A stretch of DNA of 64,000 nt, taken from the NCBI GenBank assembly GCA_964016885.1, contig OZ024741.1, positions 3,100,001 to 3,164,000 of the forward strand, read 5' to 3'. The translations under genes and the position numbers were made by a program. Shown one piece after another: positions 1-12,749 of the stretch (the first letter of the stretch is position 1; each line of letters begins with the position of its first letter). The notes beneath the pieces are model-generated. The model saw only the letters and a program-made list of their open reading frames with translations, made no database searches and was not told the origin of the DNA. This DNA comes from Eledone cirrhosa (Eukaryota).

Positions 1-1039
1 CTCTGAAGTTCTACTACTTTCCAGCTCTCCTCACAGTTTCTTCTCTGAAGACCTTCTACTGTCCAGCTCTCCTCACAGTTTCTTGTCTGAAGATATTCTG
101 TTGTCCAGCTCTCCTCACAATTTCTTCTCTGTAGATTTTCTACTGTCCAGTTCTCCTCACACTTTCTTCTCTGAAGACCTTCTACTGTCCAGCTCTCCTC
201 ACAGATTCTTCTCTGAAGACCTACTGTCCAGCTCTCCTCACAGTTTCTTTTCTGAAGGCCTTCTACTGTCCACTTCTCCTCAAACTTTCTTCTACGAAGA
301 CCTTCTACTGTCCAGCTCTCCTCACAGTTTCTTCTCTGAAGACCTTCTACTGTCCAGCTCTCCTCTCAGTTTCTTCTCTGAAGATCTTCTTCTGTCCAGC
401 ACTCCTCACACTTTCTTCTCTGAAGACCTTCTACTGTCCAGCTCTCCTCACAGATTCTTCTCTGAAGACCTTCTACTGTCCAGTTCTCCTCACAGTTTCT
501 TCTCTGAAGACCTTCTACTGTCCAGCTCTCCTCACAGTTTCTTCTCTGAAGCCCTTCTACTGTCCAGCTCTCCTCACAGTTTCTTTTCTGAAGACCTTCT
601 ACTGTCCAGTTCTCCTCACACTTTCTTCTTTTAAGACCTTCTACTGTCCAGCTCTGCTCACAGTTTATTCTCTGAAGACCTACTGTCCAGCTCTCCTCAC
701 AGTTTCTTTTCTGAAGGCCTTCTACTGTCCACTTCTCCTCAAACTTTCTTCTACGAAGACCTTCTACTGTCCAGCTCTCCTCACAGTTTCTTCTCTGAAG
801 ACCTTCTACTGTCCAGCTCTCCTCTCAGTTTCTTCTCTGAAGATCTTCTTCTGTCCAGCTCTCCTCAATGTTTCTTCTCTGAACACCTTCTAATGTCCAG
901 CTCTCCTCACAGTTTCTTCTCTGAAGACCTTCTTCTGACCAGCTCTCGTCACAGTTTCTTCTCTGAAGACCTTCTATTGTCCAGCTCGTCTCACAGTTTC
1001 TTCTCTTAAGAGCTTCTACTGTTCAGCTCCCCTCACAGT

Positions 1040-4000
1040 TTATTCTCTGTAGATCTTCTACTGTCCAGCTCGCCTGGCAGTTTCTTCTCTGAAGAGCTTC
1101 CACTGTCCAGCTCTCCTGACAGTTTCTTCTCTGAACACCTTCTACTGTCCAGCTCCTCTCACAGTTTCTTCTCTGAACTTCTACTACTGTCCAGCTCTCC
1201 TCACAGTTTATTCTCTGAAGACATTCTACTGTCCAGCTCTCCTCACAGTTTCTTCTCTGAAGACCTTCTGTTGTCCAGCTCTCCTCACAGATTCTTCTCT
1301 GAAGACCTTCTACTCTCCAGCTCTCTTCATCATTTCTTCTCTGAAGACCTTCTACTGTCCAGCTCTCCTCACAGTTTCTTCTCTGAAGATTTTCTACTGT
1401 CCAGTACTCCACAAACTTTCTTCTCTGAAGACCTTCTACTGTCCAGCTCTCCTCACATTTTCTTCACTGAAGACCTTCTACTGTCCAGCTCCTCACAGTT
1501 TCTTCTCTGAAGACCTTCTACTGTCCAGTTCCTCTCACAGTTTCTTCTCTGAAGACCTTCTTCTGTCCTGCTCTCCTCACAGTTTCTTCTCTGAAGAACT
1601 TCTACTGTCCAGTTCCTCTCACAGTTTCATCTCTGAAGACCTTCTGTTGTCCAGCTCTCCTCACAGTTTCTTCTCTGAACACCTTCTACTGTCCAGTTCC
1701 TCTCACAGTTTCTTCTCTGAAGACCTTCTACTGTCCAGCTCTCCTCACAGTTTCGTCTCTGAAGACCTTCTACTGTCCAGTTCCTCTCACAGTTTCTTCA
1801 ATGAAGACATTCTACTGTCCAGCTGTCCTCACAGTTTCTTCTCTGAAGACCTTCTTCTGTCCAGCTCTCCTCACAGTTTCTTCTCAGAAGACCTTCTACT
1901 GTCCAGCTCGCCTCGCAGTTTCTTCTCTGTAGAGCTGCTACTGTTCAGCTCCCCTCACGGTTTATTCTCTGAAGATCTTCTACTGTCCAGCTCGCCTGGC
2001 AGTTTCTTCTCTGAAGAGCTTCCACTGTCCAGCTCTCCTGACAGTTTCTTTTCTGAACACCTTCTACTGTCCAGCTCCTCTCACAGTTTCTTCTCTGAAG
2101 ACCTTCTACTGTCCAGCTCTCCTCACAGTTTCTTCTCTGAAGACCTTCTACTGTCCAGCTCTCCTCACAGTTTATTCTCTGAAGATCTTCTACTGTCCAG
2201 CTCGCCTGGCAGTTTCTTCTCTGAAGGCTTTCCTCTGTCAAGCTCCTCTCACAGTTTCTTCACTGAATTTCTACTACTGTCCAGCTCTCCTCACACTTTC
2301 TTCTCTGAACACCTTCTACTGTCCAGCTCCTGTCACAGTTTCTTCTCTGAAGTTCTACTACTGTCCAGCTCTCCTCACAGTTTCTCCTCTGAAGACCTTC
2401 TGCTGTTCAGCTCTCCTCACAGTTTGTTCTCAGAAAACCTTCTACTGTCCAGCTCCTCACACAGTTTTTTCTCTGAGGTCCTACTACTGTGCAGCTCTCC
2501 TCACAGTTTCTTCTCTAAAGACCTTCTACTGTCCAGCTCTCTTCACAATTTCTTCTCTAAAGACCTTCTACTGTCCAGCTCTCCTCACAGATTCTTCTCT
2601 GAAGACCTTCTACTGTCCAGCTCTCCTCACAATTTATTGTCCGAAGATTTTCTACTGTCCAGCTCTCCTCACACTTTCTTCTCTGAAGACCTTCTACTGT
2701 CCAGCTCTCCACACAGTTTCTTCTCTGAAGACCTTCTACTGTCCAGCTCCTCACAGTTCCTTCTCTGAAGACCTTCTACTGTCCAGTTCCTCTCTCAGTG
2801 TCTTCTCTGAAGACCTTCTTCTGTCCTGCTCTCCTCACAGTTTCTTCTCTGAAGAACTTCTACTGTCCAGTTCCTCTCACAGTTTCATCTCTGAAGACCT
2901 TCTACTGTCCAGCTCTCCTCACAGTTTCTTCTCTGAAGACCTTCTTCTGTCCAGCTCTCCTCACAGATTCTTCTCTGAAGACCTTCTACTGTCCAGCTCT
3001 CTTCATCATTTCTTCTCTGAAGACCTTCTACTGTCCAGCTCTCCTCACAGTTTCTTCTCTGAAGATTTTCTACTGTCCAGTACTCCACAAACTTTCTTCT
3101 CTGAAGACCTTCTACTGTCCAGCTCTCCTCACAGTTTCTTCACTGAAGACCTTCTACTGTCCAGCTCCTCACAGTTTCTTCTCTGAAGACCTTCTACTGT
3201 CCAGTTCCTCTCACAGTTTCTTCTCTGAAGACCTTCTTCTGTCCTGCTCTCCTCACAGTTTCTTCTCTGAAGAACTTCTACTGTCCAGTTCCTCTCACAG
3301 TTTCATCTCTGAAGACCTTCTGTTGTCCAGCTCTCCTCACAGTTTCTTCTCTGAAGACCTTCTACTGTTCAGTTCCTCTCACAGTTTCTTCGCTGAAGAC
3401 CTTCTACTGTCCAGCTCTCCTCACAGTTTCGTCTCTGAAGACCTTCTACTGTCCAGTTCCTCTCACAGTTTCTTCAATGAAGACATTCTACTGTCCAGCT
3501 GTCCTCACAGTTTCTTCTCTGAAGACCTTCTTCTGTCCAGCTCTCCTCACAGTTTCTTCTCAGAAGACCTTCTACTGTCCAGCTCGCCTCGCAGTTTCTT
3601 CTCTGAAGAGCTTCTACTGTTCAGCTCCCCTCACAGTTTATTCTCTGAAGATCTTCTACTGTCCAGCTCGCCTGGCACTTTCTTCTCTGAAGAGCTTCCA
3701 CTGTCCAGCTCTCCTGACAGTTTCTTTTCTGAACACCTTCTACTGTCCAGCTCCTCTCACAGTTTCTTCTCTGAAGACCTTCTACTGTCCAGCTCTCCTC
3801 ACAGTTTCTTCTCTGAAGACCTTCTACTGTCCAGCTCTCCTCACAGTTTCTTCTCTGAAGACCTTCTACTGTCCAGCTCTCCTCACAGTTTATTCTCTGA
3901 AGATCTTCTACTGTCCAGCTCGCCTGGCAGTTTCTTCTCTGAAGGCTTTCCTCTGTCAAGCTCCTCTCACAGTTTCTTCACTGAATTTCTACTACTGTCC

Positions 4001-4700
4001 AGCTCTCCTCACACTTTCTTCTCTGAACACCTTCTACTGTCCAGCTCCTGTCACAGTTTCTTCTCTGAAGTTCTACTACTGTCCAGCTCTCCTCACAGTT
4101 TCTTCTCTGAAGACCTTCTGCTGTTCAGCTCTCCTCACAGTTTGTTCTCAGAAAACCTTCTACTGTCCAGCTCCTCACACAGTTTTTTCTCTGAAGTCCT
4201 ACTACTGTGCAGCTCTCCTCACAGTTTCTTCTCTAAAGACCTTCTACTGTCCAGCTCTCTTCACAATTTCTTCTCTAAAGACCTTCTACTGTCCAGCTCT
4301 CCTCACAGATTCTTCTCTGAAGACCTTCTACTGTCCAGCTCTCCTCACAATTTATTGTCCGAAGATTTTCTACTGTCCAGCTCTCCTCACACTTTCTTCT
4401 CTGAAGACCTTCTACTGTCCAGCTCTCCACACAGTTTCTTCTCTGAAGACCTTCTACTGTCCAGCTCCTCACAGTTCCTTCTCTGAAGACCTTCTACTGT
4501 CCAGTTCCTCTCTCAGTGTCTTCTCTGAAGACCTTCTTCTGTCCTGCTCTCCTCACAGTTTCTTCTCTGAAGAACTTCTACTGTCCAGTTCCTCTCACAG
4601 TTTCATCTCTGAAGACCTTCTACTGTCCAGCTCTCCTCACAGTTTCTTCTCTGAAGACCTTCTTCTGTCCAGCTCTCCTCACAGTTTCTTCTCTGAAGAC
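1040..4700 (+). repeat. Higher-order duplication of about 1.7 kb within the satellite
   Basis: The diagnostic variant ATTTATTGTCCGAAGATTTT occurs at about 2631 and 4349. Matching ORF pairs 2557/4275 and 2798/4516 are offset by 1718 bp (41 monomers minus 4 bp). Boundaries are approximate. Confidence 0.8.
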
Positions 4701-7700
4701 CTTCTACTGTCCAGCTCTCCTCGCAGTTTCTTCCCTGAAGAGCTTCTACTGTTCAGCTCCCCTCACAGTTTATTCTCTGAAGATCATCTTCTGTCCAGCT
4801 CGCCTGGCAGTTTCTTCTCTAAAGTGCTTGCAATGTCCAGCTCTCCTGACAGTTTCTTCTCTGAAGACCTTCTACTCTCCAGCTCTCCTCACAGTTTCTT
4901 CTCTGAAGACCTTCTACTGTCCAGCTCTCCTCATGATTTCTTCTCTGAAGACCTTCTACTGTCCAGCTCTCCTCACAGTTTCTTCTCAGAAGAGATTCTA
5001 CTGTCCAGCTCTCCTAACAGTTTCTTGTCTGAAGTTCTACTACTGTCCAGCTCTCTTCACAGTTTCTTCTCTGAAGTCCTTCTACTGTCCATCTCTCCTC
5101 ACAGATTCTTGTCTGAAGACCTTCTGCTGTATAGCTCTCCTCACAGTTTCTTCTCTGAAGACCTTCTACTGTCCAGCTCTCCTCATCATTTCTTCCCTGA
5201 AGAGCTTCTACTGTTCAGCTCCCCTCACAATTTATTCTCTGAAGATCATCTTCTGTCCAGCTCGCCTGGCAGTTTCTTCTCTAAAGTGCTTCCAATGTCC
5301 AGCTCTCCTGACAGTTTCTTCTCTGAAGACCTTCTACTCTCCAGCTCTCCTCACAGTTTCTTCTCTGAGGACCTTCTACTGTCCAGCTCTCCTCATGATT
5401 TCTTCTCTGAAGACCTTCTACTGTCCAGCTCTCCTCACAGTTTCTTCTCAGAAGAGATTCTACTGTCCAGCTCTCCTAACAGTTTCTTGTCTGAAGTTCT
5501 ACTACTGTCCAGCTCTCTTCACAGTTTCTTCTCTGAAGTCCTTCTACTGTCCATCTCTCCTCACAGATTCTTGTCTGAAGACCTTCTGCTGTATAGCTCT
5601 CCTCACAGTTTCTTCTCTGAAGACCTACTCTCCAGCTCTCCTCATCATTTCTTCTCTTAAGACCTTCTACTGTCCAGCTCTCCTCACAGATTCTTCTCTG
5701 AAGACCTTCTACTGTCCAGCTCTCCTCACAGTTTTTTCTCTGAAGACCTTCTTCTGTCCAGCTCTCCTCACACTTTTTTCTCTGAAGACCTTCTACTGTA
5801 CAGCTGTCCTCACAGTTTCTTCTCTGAAGATCTTCATCTGTCCAGCTCTCCTCAATGTTTCTTCTTTGAAGCCCTTCTACTGTCCAGCTCTCCTCACACT
5901 TTCTTCTCTGAAGTTCTACTACTGTCCAGCTCTCCTCGCGGTTTATTCTCTGAAGACCTTCTACTGCCCAGCTCTCCTCACAGTTTCTACTCTGAAGAGC
6001 TTCTACTGTCCAGCTCCTCTCACAGTTTCTTCCCTGAAGTTCTACTACTTTCCAGCTCTCCTCACAGTTTCTTCTCCGAAGACCTTCTACTGTCCAGCGC
6101 TCCTCACAGATTCTTCTCTGAAGACCTTCTACTGTCCAGCTCTCCTCACATTTTCTTCTCTGAAGCCCTTCTACTGTCCAACTCTCCTCACAGTTTCTTT
6201 CTGAAGACCTTCTACTGTCCTATCCTCCTCACACTTTCTTCTTTGAAGAGCTTCTAATGTCCAGCTCTCCTCACAGTTTATTTTCTGAAGACCTTCTGCT
6301 GCCCAGCTCTCCTCACAGTTTCTTTTCTGAAGACCTTCTGCTGCCCAGCTCTCCTCACAGTTTCTTCTCTGAAGACCTTCTACTGTCCAGCTCTCCTCAC
6401 AGTTTCTTCTCTGAAGACCTTCTACTGCCCAGCTCTCGTCACAGTTTCTGCTCTGAAGACCTTCTACTGTCCAGCTCTCCTCATCATTTCTTCTCTGAAG
6501 ATCTTCTACTGTCCACTTCTCGGCAAACTTTCTTCTCTGAAGACCTTCTACTGTCCAGCTCTCCTCACAGTTTCTTCTCTGAAGATCTTCTTCTGTCCAG
6601 CTCTCCTCACAGTTTCTTCTGTGAACACCTTCTACTGTCCAGCTCTCCTCAATGTTTCTTCTCTGAAGACCTTCTACTGTACAGCTCGCCTCACAGTTTC
6701 TTCTCTGAAGAGCTTCTACTGTTCAGCTACCCTCACAGTTTCTTTTCTGAAGTTCTACTACTTTCCAACTCTCCTCACAGTTTCTTCTCTGAAGACCTTC
6801 TACTGTCCAGCTCTCCTCACAGTTTCATATCTGAAGACCTTCTACTGTCCAGTTCTCTTCACACTTTCTTCTTTGAAGACCTTCTACTGTCCAGCTCTCC
6901 TCACAGTTTATTCTCTGAAGACCTACTGTCCAGCTCTCCTCACAGTTTCTTTTCTGAAGACCTCCTGCTGCCCAGCACTACTCACAGTTTCTTCTCTGAA
7001 CACCTTCTACTGTCCAGTTCTCCTCACACTTTCTTCTCTGAAGAACTTCTACTGTACAGCTCACCTCACACTTTCTTCTCTGAAGACCTTCTGCTGTCCA
7101 GCTCTCCGCACATTTTCTTCTCTGAAGACCTTCTACTGTCCAGCTCTCCTCACAGTTTCTTCTCTGAAGTTCTACTATTGTCCAGCTCTCCTCACAGTTT
7201 CTTCTCTAAAGACCTTCTACTGTCCAGCTCTCTTCATCATTTCTTCTCTGAAGACCTTCTACTGTCCACTTCTCCTCAAACTTTCTTCTCAGAAGATCTT
7301 CTTCTGTCCAGCTCTCCTCAATATTTCTTCTCTGAAGACCTTCTACTGTCCAGCTCTCCTCACAGTTTCTTCTCTGAAGAGCTTCTACTGTTCAGCTCCC
7401 CTCACAGTTTATTTTCTGAAGATCTTCTACTGTCCAGCTCGCCTGGCAGTTTCTTCTCTGAAGAGCTTCCACTGTCCAGCTCTCCTGACAGTTTCTTCTC
7501 TGAACCGTCCAGCTCCTCTCAGAGTTTCTTCTCTGAAGTTCTATTACTGTCCAGCTCTCCTCACAGTTCTTCTCTGAAGACCTTCTACTGTCCAGCACTC
7601 CTCACAGTTTCTTCTCTGAAGACCTTCTGTTGTCCAGCTCTCCTCACAGTTTCTTCTCTGAAGACCTTCTACTGTTCAGTTCCTCTCACAGTTGCTTCTC

Positions 7701-10700
7701 TGAAGACCTTCTTCTGTCCTGCTCTCCTCACAGTTTCGTCTCTGAAGACCTTCTACTGTCCAGTTCCTCTCACAGTTTCTTCAATGAAGACATTCTACTG
7801 TCCAGCTGTCCTCACAGTTTCTTCTCTGAAGACCTTCTACTGTCCAGCTCTCTTCGCAGTTTCTTCTCTGAAGAGCTTCTACTGTTCAGCTCCCCTCACA
7901 GTTTATTCTCTGAAGATCTTCTACTGTCCAGCTCGCCTGGCAGTTTCTTCTCTGAAGGCTTTCCTCTGTCAAGCTCCTCTCACAGTTGCTTCTCTGAATT
8001 ACTACTACTGTCCAGCTCTCCTCACAGTTTCTTCTCTGAACACCTTCTACTGTCCAGCTCCTGTCACAGTTTCTTCTCTGAAGTTCTACTACTGTCCAGC
8101 TCTCCTCACAGTTTCTTCTCTGAAGACCTTCTGCTGTTCAGCTCTCCTCACAGTTTCTTCTCTGAAGGCTTTCCTCTGTCAAGCTCCTCTCACAGTTTCT
8201 TCTCTGAATTTCTACTACTGTCCAGCTCTCCTCACAGTTTCTTCTCTGAACACCTTCTACTGTCCAGCTCCTGTCACAGTTTCTTCTCTGAAGTTCTACT
8301 ACTGTCCAGCTCTCCTCACAGTTTCTTCTCTGAAGAACTTCTGCTGTTCAGATCTCCTCACAGTTTGTTCTCAGAAAACCTTCTACTGTCCAGCTCCTCA
8401 CACAGATTTTTCTCTGAAGTCCTACTACTGTCCAGCTCACCTCACAGTTTCTTCACTGAAGACATTCTACTGTCAAGCTCTCCTCACAGTTTCTTCTCTA
8501 CAGCCCTTCTACTGTCCAGCCCTCCGCACAGTTTCTTTTCTAAAGACCTTCTACTGTCCAGCTCTCTTCACAATTTCTTCTCTAAAGACCTTCTTCTGTC
8601 CAGCTCTCCTCACAGATTCTTCTCTGAAGACCTTCTACTGTCCAGCTCTCCTCACAGTTTCTTCTCTGAAGATTTTCTACTGTCCAGCTCTCCTCACACT
8701 TTCTTCTCTGAAGACCATCTGCTGACATCTCTCCTCACGGTTTCAGCTCTGAAGACCTTCTACTGTTCAGCTCCGCTCACAGTTTACTCTCTGAAGATCT
8801 TCTACTGTCCAGCTCGCCTGGCAGTTTCTTCTCTGAAGAGCTTCCACTGTCCAGCTCTCCTGACAGTTTCTTCTCTAAACACCTTCTACTGTCCAGCTCC
8901 TCTCACAGTTTCTTCTCTGAACACCTTCTACTGTCCAGCTCCTCTCACAGTTTCTTCTCTGAAGTTCTATTACTGTCCAGCTCTCCTCACAGTTTTTCTC
9001 TGAAGACCTTCTACTGTCCAGCTCTCCTCACAGTTTCTTCTCTGAAGACCTTCTGTTGTCCAGCTCTCCTCAAAGTTTCTTCTCTGAAGATTTTCTACTT
9101 TTCAGTTCCTCTCACAGTTTCTTCGCTGAAGAACTTCTACTGTCCAGCTCTCCTCACAGTTTCTTCTCTGAAGACCTTCTACTGTACTGCTCTCCTCACA
9201 GTTTCTTCTCTGAAGACCTTCTACTGTTCAGTTCCTCTCAAAGTTTCTTCGCTGAAGACCTTCTACTGTCCAGCTCTCCTCACAGTTTCTTCTCTGAAGA
9301 CCTTCTACTCTCTATTTCTCCTCAGAGTTTCTTCTCTTAAGACATTCTCCTGTCAAGCTCTCCTCACAGTTTCTTCTCTGAAGACCTTCTGCTATCCAGC
9401 TCTCCTCACAGTTTCTTCTCTGAAGACCTTCTTCTGTCCAGCTCTCCTCGTAGTTTCTTCTCTGAAGAGCTTCTACTGTTCAGCTCCCCTCACAGTTTCT
9501 TCTCTGAAGATCTTCTACTGTCCAGCTCGCCTGGCAGTTTCTTCTCTGAAGACTTTCCTCTGTCAAGCTCCTCTCACAATTTCTTCTCTGAATTTCTACT
9601 ACTGTCCAGCTCTCCTCACAGTTTCTTCTCTGAACACCTTCTACTGTCCAGCTCCTGTCACAGTTTCTTCTCTGAAGTTCTACTACTGTCCAGCTCTCCT
9701 CACAGTTTCTTCTCTGAAGACATTCTGCTGTTCAGCTCTCCTCACAGTTTCTTCTCTGAAGACTTTGTACTATCCAGCTCTCCTCACAGTTTCTTGTCTG
9801 AAGATTTTCTACTGTCCAGCTCTCCTCACACATTCTTCTCTGAAGACCATCTGCTGACATCTCCCCTCACAGTTTATTCTTTGAAGATCTTCTACTGTCC
9901 AGCTCGCCTGGCAGTTTCTTCTCTGAAGAGCTTCCACTGTCCAGCTCTCCTGACAGTTTCTTCTCTGAACACCTTCTACTGTCCAGCTCCTCTCACAGTT
10001 TCTTCTCTGAACACCTTCTACTGTCCAGCTCCTCTCACAGTTTCTTCTCTGAAGTTCTATTACTGTCCAGCTCTCCTCACAGTTTCTTCTCTGAAGACCT
10101 TCTGTTGTCCAGCTCTCTTCAAAGTTTCTTCTCTCAAGATTTCAACCGTACAGTTCCTCTCACAGTTTCTTTGCTGAAGACCTTCTACTGTTCAGTTCCT
10201 CTCACAGTTTCTTCGCTGAAGACCTTCTACTGTACTGCTCTCCTCACAGTTTCTTCTCTGAAGACCTTCTTCTGTCCTGCTCTCCTCACAGTTTCTTCTC
10301 TGAAGACCTTCTACTGTCCAGTTCCTCTCACAGTTTCTTCTATGAAGACCTTCTACTGTCCAGCTCTCATCACAGTTTCTTCTCTGAAGACCTTCTTCTG
10401 TCCAGCTCTCCTCACAGTTTCTTCTCTGAAAAGCTTCTACTGTTTAGCTCCCCTCACAGTTTATTCTCTGAAGATCTTCTACTGTCCAGCTCGCCTGGCA
10501 GTTTCTTCTCTGAAGACTTTCCTCTCTCAAGCTCCTCTCACAATTTCTTCTCTGAATTTCTACTACTATCCAGCTCTCCTCACAGTTTCTTCTCTGAACA
10601 CCTTCTACTGTCCAGCTCCTGTCACAGTTTCTTCTCTGAAGTTCTACTACTGTCCAGCTCTCCTCACAGTTTCTTCTCTGAAGACCTTCTTCTGTCCTGC

Positions 10701-12749
10701 TCTCCTCACAGTTTCTTCTCTGAAGACCTTCTGCTGTTCAGCTCTCCTCACAGTTTCTTCTCTGAAGACTTTGTACTATCCAGCTCTCCTCACAGTTTTT
10801 TCTCTGAAGATCTTCTACTGTCCAGCTCTCCTCACACTGTCTTCTCTGAAGACCTTCTACTGTTCAGCTCTCCTCACAGTTTGTTCTCAGAAAACCTTCT
10901 ACTGTCCAGCTCCTCACACAGTTTCTTCTCTGAAGTCCTACTACTGTGCAGCTCTCCTCACAGTTTCTTCTCTGAAGACCTTCTGCTGTCCAGCTCACCT
11001 CACAGTTTCTTCTCTGAAGACATTCTACTGTCCAGCTCTCCTCACAGTTTCTTCTCTGAAGACCTTCTACTGTCCAGCTCTCTTCACAAATTCTTCTCTA
11101 AAGACCTTCTACTGTCCAGCTCTCCTCACAGGTTCTTCTCTGAAGACCTTCTACTGGCCAGCTCTCCTCACAATTTCTTGTCTGAAAATTTTCTACTGTC
11201 CAGCTCTCCTCACAAATTCTTCTCTGAAGACCTTCTACTGTCCAGCTCTCCTGACAGTTTCTTCTCTGAAAACGTTCTACTGTCCAGCTCCTGTCACAGT
11301 TTCTTCTCTGAAGTTCTACTTTTGTCCAGCTCTCCTCACGCTTTCTTCTCTGAAGACCTTCTACTGTCCAGCTCTCCTCATCATTTCTTCTCTGAAGACC
11401 TTCTACTGTCCTGCTCTCCTCAAAGTTTCTTCTCTGAAGACCTTCTACTGTCTCGTTCTCCTCACAGTTTCTTCTCTGAAGACCTTCTGTTGTACAGCTC
11501 TCCTCATCATTTCTTCTCTGAAGACCTTCTACTGTCCTGCGCTCCTCAAGTTTTTTCTCTGAAGACCTTCTAGTGTCTAGTTCTCCTGACAGTTTCTTCT
11601 CTTAAGACCTTCTACTGTCCAGTTCCTCTCACAGTTTCTTCTATGAAGACCTTCTACTGTTCAGCTCCCCTCACAGTTTATTCTCTGAAGTTCTTATTAC
11701 TTTCCAGCTCTCCTCACAGTTTCTTCTCTGAAGACCTTCTGTTGTACAGATCTCCTCACAGTTTCTTCTCTGAAGATTTTCTACTGTTCAGTTCCTCTCA
11801 CATTTTCTTCGCTGAAGACCTTCTACTGTCCTGCTCTCCTCACAGTTTCTTCTCTGAAGACCTTCTACTGTTCAGTTCCTCTTACAGTTTCTTTGCTGAA
11901 GACCATCTACTGTCCAGCTCTCCTCACAGTTTCTTCTCTGAAGACCTTCTTCTGTCCTGCTCTCCTCACAGTTTCTTCTCTGAAGACCTTCTACTGTCCA
12001 GTTCCTCTCACAGTTTATTCTATGAAGTCCTTCTACTGTCCAGCTCTCCTCACAGTTTCTTCTCTGAAGACCTTCTTCTGTCCAGCTCTCCTCACAGTTT
12101 CTTTTCTGAAGACCTTCTACTGTCCAGCTCTCCTCACAGATTCTTCTCTGAAGAGCTTCTACTGTTCAGCTCCCCTCACAGTTTATTCTCTGAAGATCTT
12201 CTACTGTCCAGCTCGCCTGGCAGTTTCTTCTCTGAAGACTTTCCTCTGTCAAGCTCCTCTCACAATTTCTTCTCTGAATTTCTACTACTGTCCAGCTCTC
12301 CTCATAGTTTCTTCTCTGAACACCTTCTACTGTCCAGCTCCTGTCACACTTTCTTCTCTGAAGACCCTTTACTGTCCAGTTCTCCTCACAGTTTCTTCTC
12401 TGAAGACCTTCTGTTGTACAGCTCTCGTCACAGTTTCTTCTCGGAAGACCTTTTACTGTCCAGCTCTCCTCATCATTTCTTCTCTGAAGACCCTCTACTG
12501 TCCTGCTCTCCTGAAAGTTTCTTCTCTGAAGACCTTCTACTGTCTAGTTCTCCTCACAGTTTCTTCTCTTAAGACCTTCTCCTGTCCAGCTCTCCTCACA
12601 TTGTCTTCTCTGAACACCTTCTGCTGTCCAGCTCTCCTCACAGTTTCTTCTCTGAAGACCTTCTGTTGTCCAGCTCTCGTCAGAGTTTCTTCTCTGAAGA
12701 CCTTCTACTGTCCACTTCTCCTCAAACATTCTTCTCTGAAGACCTTCTA